From Deltaproteobacteria bacterium (GTDB taxonomy: Bacteria; Desulfobacterota_D; UBA1144; Nemesobacterales; CSP1-2): DNA of 64,000 nt. The stretch's first letter is position 1. Every line of letters begins with the position of its first letter. Shown here piece after piece: positions 62,907 through 64,000 of this stretch. The position numbers and the translations under genes are program-made. The notes beneath the pieces are model-generated. The model had not been told where the DNA came from. It ran no database searches and saw only the letters and a list, made by a program, of their open reading frames with translations. Location of the stretch: positions 416,001-480,000 of the forward strand of contig JBQTHB010000005.1 of assembly GCA_052390235.1 (NCBI GenBank), read 5' to 3'.

Positions 62907-63506
62907 ATGAAAATAATCGGTCTTACTGGCAATATAGCATCTGGAAAAAGCTCGGTCGCCGGGATGTTTGAATCCCTTGGGGCGAGGGTCATTGACGCTG
63001 ACCAAGTCGCCAGAGAGGTCGTAGAGCCAAACGCCCCGGCGTGGCGGGAGATAGTCGAGGAATTCGGCGAAGAAATTTTATATCCCAGCGGCACTCTCAA
63101 CAGAGCCGCTCTCGGCAGGGTTATCTTCTGCGACGGCGACAAAAGGGAGAAATTAAACCGTATCACCCATCCCCGAATTATGCGCTCGGTGCGCCGGACG
63201 CTTTCTGTGTGGGCGGATGAGGGCGTCCAGATAGCCGTGCTTGAAGCCGCGCTCATTGTCGAGCGGGGAGGGCTCAGGGATTTAATTGACGCGCTCGTCG
63301 TGGTTACCGCCCCGCAGGGGGAGCAAATCCGAAGGCTCGCCAAAAGGGCGACGCTCTCCCAGCAAGAGGCTCTGGCGCGGGTAGAATCCCAAATGCCGCA
63401 GTCGGAAAAGGTTAAAAAGGCGGATTTTGTGATTGATAATTCCGGGGGGCTAGATGCGACCCGAAAACAGGTCGAAGCCGTCTGGAAAAAGATAGCCGAG
63501 GCATAA
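62907..63506 (+). CDS. coaE: Dephospho-CoA kinase
   Basis: IIGLTGNIASGKS, IDAD..AREVV, LNRITHP, SQMP. The TTG start in the ORF track is the -35 of TTGAAA-17-TAAAAT. Confidence 0.95.
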   Translation: MKIIGLTGNIASGKSSVAGMFESLGARVIDADQVAREVVEPNAPAWREIVEEFGEEILYPSGTLNRAALGRVIFCDGDKREKLNRITHPRIMRSVRRTLSVWADEGVQIAVLEAALIVERGGLRDLIDALVVVTAPQGEQIRRLAKRATLSQQEALARVESQMPQSEKVKKADFVIDNSGGLDATRKQVEAVWKKIAEA

Positions 63507-63729
63507 TTTCTGGGGACGGATTTGGGTATTGTTTAGAAAATGTTTTTCTGGTATATTCAATCCGTTTTGTTTGTTAATACCGATTCCCCAATAATGCCAT
63601 ATTTCATTTCCAAACGCATAACTGAAATCCTATCAAAGGCGCGTTTTACGTGTATATCCACTTTGCGTTTGCCTATTTCAACCCTTGGCGGATTCCCACA
63701 CCCGCCCATATTCTGGAAGGAGCTAAATT

Positions 63730-64000
63730 ATGAAGGAAAAAATTGCGGTTCTTGAGCAAAAACAGAGGGAAGCCGAGCTTGGCGGCGGCTCGGATAGAAT
63801 AAAAAAGCAGCACGAAATGGGTAAGCTCACCGCCAGAGAGCGCATAGGTCTGCTCCTCGATAAAGACACTTTTGTCGAGCTTGATAAATTCGTCGTCCAT
63901 CGCTGTACGGATTTCGGGATGCAGAAGAGTAAATTTCTCGGAGACGGCGTCGTTACCGGCTACGGAAAGATTGACGGGCGTCAGGTCTTTGTCTTCGCTC
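63730..64000 (+). CDS. Acyl-CoA carboxylase carboxyltransferase (beta) subunit, PccB-like (partial)
   Basis: [11 protein letters not shown]...[24 protein letters not shown]...[13 protein letters not shown], runs off the window. Confidence 0.9.
   Translation, partial: MKEKIAVLEQKQREAELGGGSDRIKKQHEMGKLTARERIGLLLDKDTFVELDKFVVHRCTDFGMQKSKFLGDGVVTGYGKIDGRQVFVFA

Overview
Bacterial chromosomal segment with a GC-rich housekeeping backbone whose gene order looks deltaproteobacterial: ruvCAB/yebC, nrdJ with NrdR boxes, thiC, pilB-T-C-S-R, dapL, aroQ, recJ, tRNA-Lys/Leu, tig-clpP-clpX-lon, tRNA-Val/Asp, hbd, coaE and a partial acyl-CoA carboxylase. The main finding is a ~19 kb AT-rich island (36658-55865) between tRNA-Leu and tig. 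It is built like an integron gene-cassette array. Co-oriented defence genes (GmrSD, SEFIR/TIR, Mrr, BsoBI/AvaI-type R-M, an unknown nuclease-like protein, a whole type I R-M operon) are separated by palindromic TAAC...GTTA elements. Four of these elements are intact and each is exactly 126 bp, and three cassettes have complementary start and end cores. The hairpin geometry differs from textbook attC, and the associated tyrosine recombinase is a co-oriented, non-IntI-looking relic of the kind I associate with Bacteroidota. The island sits inside a decayed duplication of the tRNA-Leu/tig/clpP region whose sigma70 promoter is perfectly preserved. Other points of interest: a thioredoxin-like/caspase/TPR operon that splits ruvA from ruvB, a phosphorus-free lipid remodelling cluster with 11-bp-periodic Pho-box-like repeats at three promoters, recurrent leaderless-type promoters, four-helix-bundle genes flanked by inverted repeats, and 21-nt in-frame palindromic insertions in hsdM and hsdR. 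All family assignments come from recognising motifs by eye. No database searches were run.
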